Position numbers and translations under genes: made by a program. A stretch of 64,000 nucleotides of DNA from Bugula neritina (lineage: Eukaryota > Animalia > Bryozoa): assembly GCA_964035545.1 (NCBI GenBank), contig OZ037765.1:3348001-3412000 (forward strand). Reading direction: 5' to 3'. The notes beneath the pieces are model-generated. The model was not told the DNA's origin. It worked only from the letters and a program-made list of their open reading frames with translations, and searched no databases. Below are positions 61,406-64,000 of the stretch, piece after piece (position 1 is the stretch's first letter; every line of letters begins with the position of its first letter).

Positions 61406-64000
61406 TCAAGCTTTGTTGCTGATTGTTGAAGTATTTTCATAACAGACTGGTTTCATTTGTTTAGTTACTTTCTCATAGACATGATCATCTGATATAGCCT
61501 GAGGATTTGTTATCTCATACTCAGCACTTTCTACTGGTACATCTCCTGCACCACCCTGATTCTTAGAAGATGTAGGTGTCAGCCCCACTTCTTCATATTC
61601 GGGATTAGGTTGAGCTCTATTCTCTTTAGACTCAGTACCAGAAGATCTTCTCACCAACATCACAATAAGACTCACTACTAGTATAATGATGATGAAACCC
61701 ATTGGAACACCAACTGCTACTCCAACCACCCAGCCTGTTGTAAAAACAAAAACATACCAATTATTTCTATAAAATCTATACACATGTCTAGGCTATAAAT
61801 AATTATTGTTGGAAAAAGTTTTTTGTATGTAAAAAATCATTGAGCTAAAAGAATGCTGCTACATATATTCAAAACTAAAACAATGGTTTTAATTTCAAAA
61901 TGTTTAATATTTCACACTTTCCATTTTTGGTAGACAGAGACATACAGTAGAGTGACACATATACATGCAGTAGTCTGACAGATACAGTACACTGACATTG
62001 CATTACAAAGATGGCTGACACATACCTTGAGTTGGTAGTTCACAAATAGGAGGATTGTCAGACCATTCTCCTTTACCATCTACTAATTCACATGTGATGG
62101 CAACAGGACCTTTTCTGATAAAACCCTCTTTACAATCATAATTCAGAGTGGAGCTCAGTTTCCAGCTTTTATCAACAACTGGTGTTTCAAGATTTGTTAC
62201 AGATTGTGGTGTTGAGCATGTGATTGGTTGAACCACTGAAATAAAACAAATTTAAATTTCGGAAACATTTTAAAAAGGTAAAAAGAATAATAGTTTGAGC
62301 TAAGGAAATGTAGTTGCCGGAAATAATGCTGTTATATAAACAGTCACATTGTCTATGCTATCTACATGCGTAATGGATCTCTTTTTCCTAGATGACAACT
62401 TTTCAACAAAAACAACCATAGAGTCATATTCTTTTAGAATATCATCAGATGAATTGATGTTTGGTAAGGGTTTCCTCTGATGGGTTAACTTTATTAAATA
62501 TTATTGCCGTATGTCAACATTGGTTCTAAAATATTAAAGCAATGACTTCATTTACTAGCAACAAGTGACCAAAAATGTTTAAATTACTCGAAACCTTTGG
62601 CTTTATGTTTATTCCAACTCGTTAAGCTTCAAAGTTCAGAGCAGCTTGCATTAAAATTTACCTTTTAAAATTGTGGTGAGCATAAAGTTATCTACCTTCA
62701 GGTTTAGTCCAGAACACAACTTCTCTGGAACTTTCTCCAAACTCATTTCCAGACAGAAGAGCTTTAACTGTACAGCTGTATTCTACTTGACTATAAAGTG
62801 ATTCTATAGTAAGAGAGGTGGTAGAAGAGTCAGATGTTGTATAGTACTTCACTGAGTTCACTGTCACACTATCATTAAAGGTGTTGTTGGTTGTGATGCA
62901 TGTTGCCTGTAGCCAGTAATCAAAACAGTATATAAAGTAAAGATCATTTACTTTTATCTATTTCATATTGTCATGTTTAAAAATGCTCTGTTTAAACAAG
63001 CTGCAAAAAATATGTTAATTTTTCACTTCTGGGTTAATTTAAAACAAATTCAAATGCCAAAGGTATATTGATGTGTAAGAAATGACCGAGAGCTAGCCAG
63101 TTACCAACAAAACTTATAGAGTTGAAAAAGAGAACAAAGTATGTTAAGTGTGCTTGATAACATGCAGAGCATACATAGAAGTGCACCTGAAGAAGTATAG
63201 CAATAAGTTGACTTAAACTCTAAAATTAACAAAATTGAAGTTACGCTGAACTTTTTCCTGTTCTAATTTATACTATACTCACCTGATACTGTTGAATAGA
63301 GTAGATCTTATCTGTATAGACTACAGGAGACCAGGAGATAGTAACTGAAGTAGAAGTTCTGCTGTGAACTGTCAGTTCATTTGGTGAGTTTGGGGCTATA
63401 AAATTGATATTATCGTAAGAAATGATCACTTTTATTACTCAAGAACTTTTTTTGACTATAAAAAATGTCTCAGTGTTGCTAAAATAAGTTTCAAACCAAA
63501 ATTTAGAAAGTTTCAATTTGATCTATATAATATCCATTCTTCAACCCATGACGGCTTCATTGACTATTTATAAACTTTTATTAGATGTAAATCATTTAAA
63601 AACTGCATTTATGTCTTCACTAATATAATCTTCATTATATGGTAACCTAAATCCTAATCTATGTAAGAGAAAAATAAAATATCTGAAACTATTAAAGACC
63701 TATTAACCTTTAAATCTTTAAAACACATAATTATAGAAGCACACATTATATATACACATGTATAAGCCCGCTGGCATGCACATTGCATTCATGCATATTA
63801 TAATATACTTGCAATAGCTTCTACTCACCTTTACTAGTTGTGTATTCTTCTTGCCATATTATATTCTCATGTCCATCTAGTAGTTCTACTATAACAGTCA
63901 GTTCAAATGTCACACCTTGCTGTTTAATGAAATTCCATGGGCCTGTTTTCATCTGATTGGATAATTGTCCACTTCCATAAGTTAATGTAACACTGGATAC
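61406..64000 (-). CDS. Receptor copy F, 3' part (5' end beyond the window); exon 10 is destroyed and probably skipped
   Basis: Exons >64000-63829, 63283-63395, 62696-62906, 62026-62235 and 61406-61734 have normal lengths and AG/GT ends. Exon 9 to exon 11 is phase 1-1, so skipping exon 10 keeps the frame. Confidence 0.75.
61930..61997. repeat. 17-bp minisatellite, about 4 degenerate units, in intron 11 of copy F
   Basis: Short version of the D/E array. Confidence 0.7.
62310..62525 (-). pseudogene. Decayed exon 10 (RPTP-like domain) of copy F
   Basis: Reads EPMLTYGNNI* with an early stop and an internal deletion. The 3' half (GDNQTYGGYWNRPL) and the donor site are missing. Confidence 0.8.

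Overview
AT-rich, intron-rich animal (invertebrate-type) genomic DNA, not prokaryotic. The window is almost entirely a head-to-tail tandem array of one spliced gene family on the minus strand. It holds five full-span copies (called A 5123-10387, B 13195-18659, C 24000-33134, D 35087-45775 and E 47992-58559), two copies cut by the window edges (Z 345-865 and F 61406-64000) and several relic exons. I assembled the GT-AG exons by hand. They give type I membrane receptors: signal peptide, PAN/apple, second PAN-like domain, an unassigned ~167-aa domain with hypervariable loops, FN3, a linker/beta module, [second FN3 and an RPTP-like juxtamembrane domain with a furin-type site, long forms only], sushi/CCP, a glycine-zipper TM and a short tail. 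Long forms (C, D, E; ~982-985 aa) have Tyr-motif tails (NPEYEEV, HVYEKV, YEN). Short forms (A, B) lack exons 8-10 and have a truncated or basic tail. The copies are mosaics with near-identical frameworks and variable loops, as expected for a diversifying immune or allorecognition receptor cluster (function is inference). Separately, three unrelated type I hammerhead ribozyme motifs (22-68, 10935-10983, 11506-11552) lie on the plus strand just upstream of (TA)n tracts, one inside a ~265-nt hairpin-rich retrozyme-like insert. Also present: an intron-containing tRNA-Tyr, a 5'-truncated RTE LINE, two CR1/L2-like LINE fragments, a tRNA-derived SINE, a TA-flanked non-autonomous DNA transposon, a 77-bp palindrome and a 17-bp minisatellite built from a splice-donor sequence.
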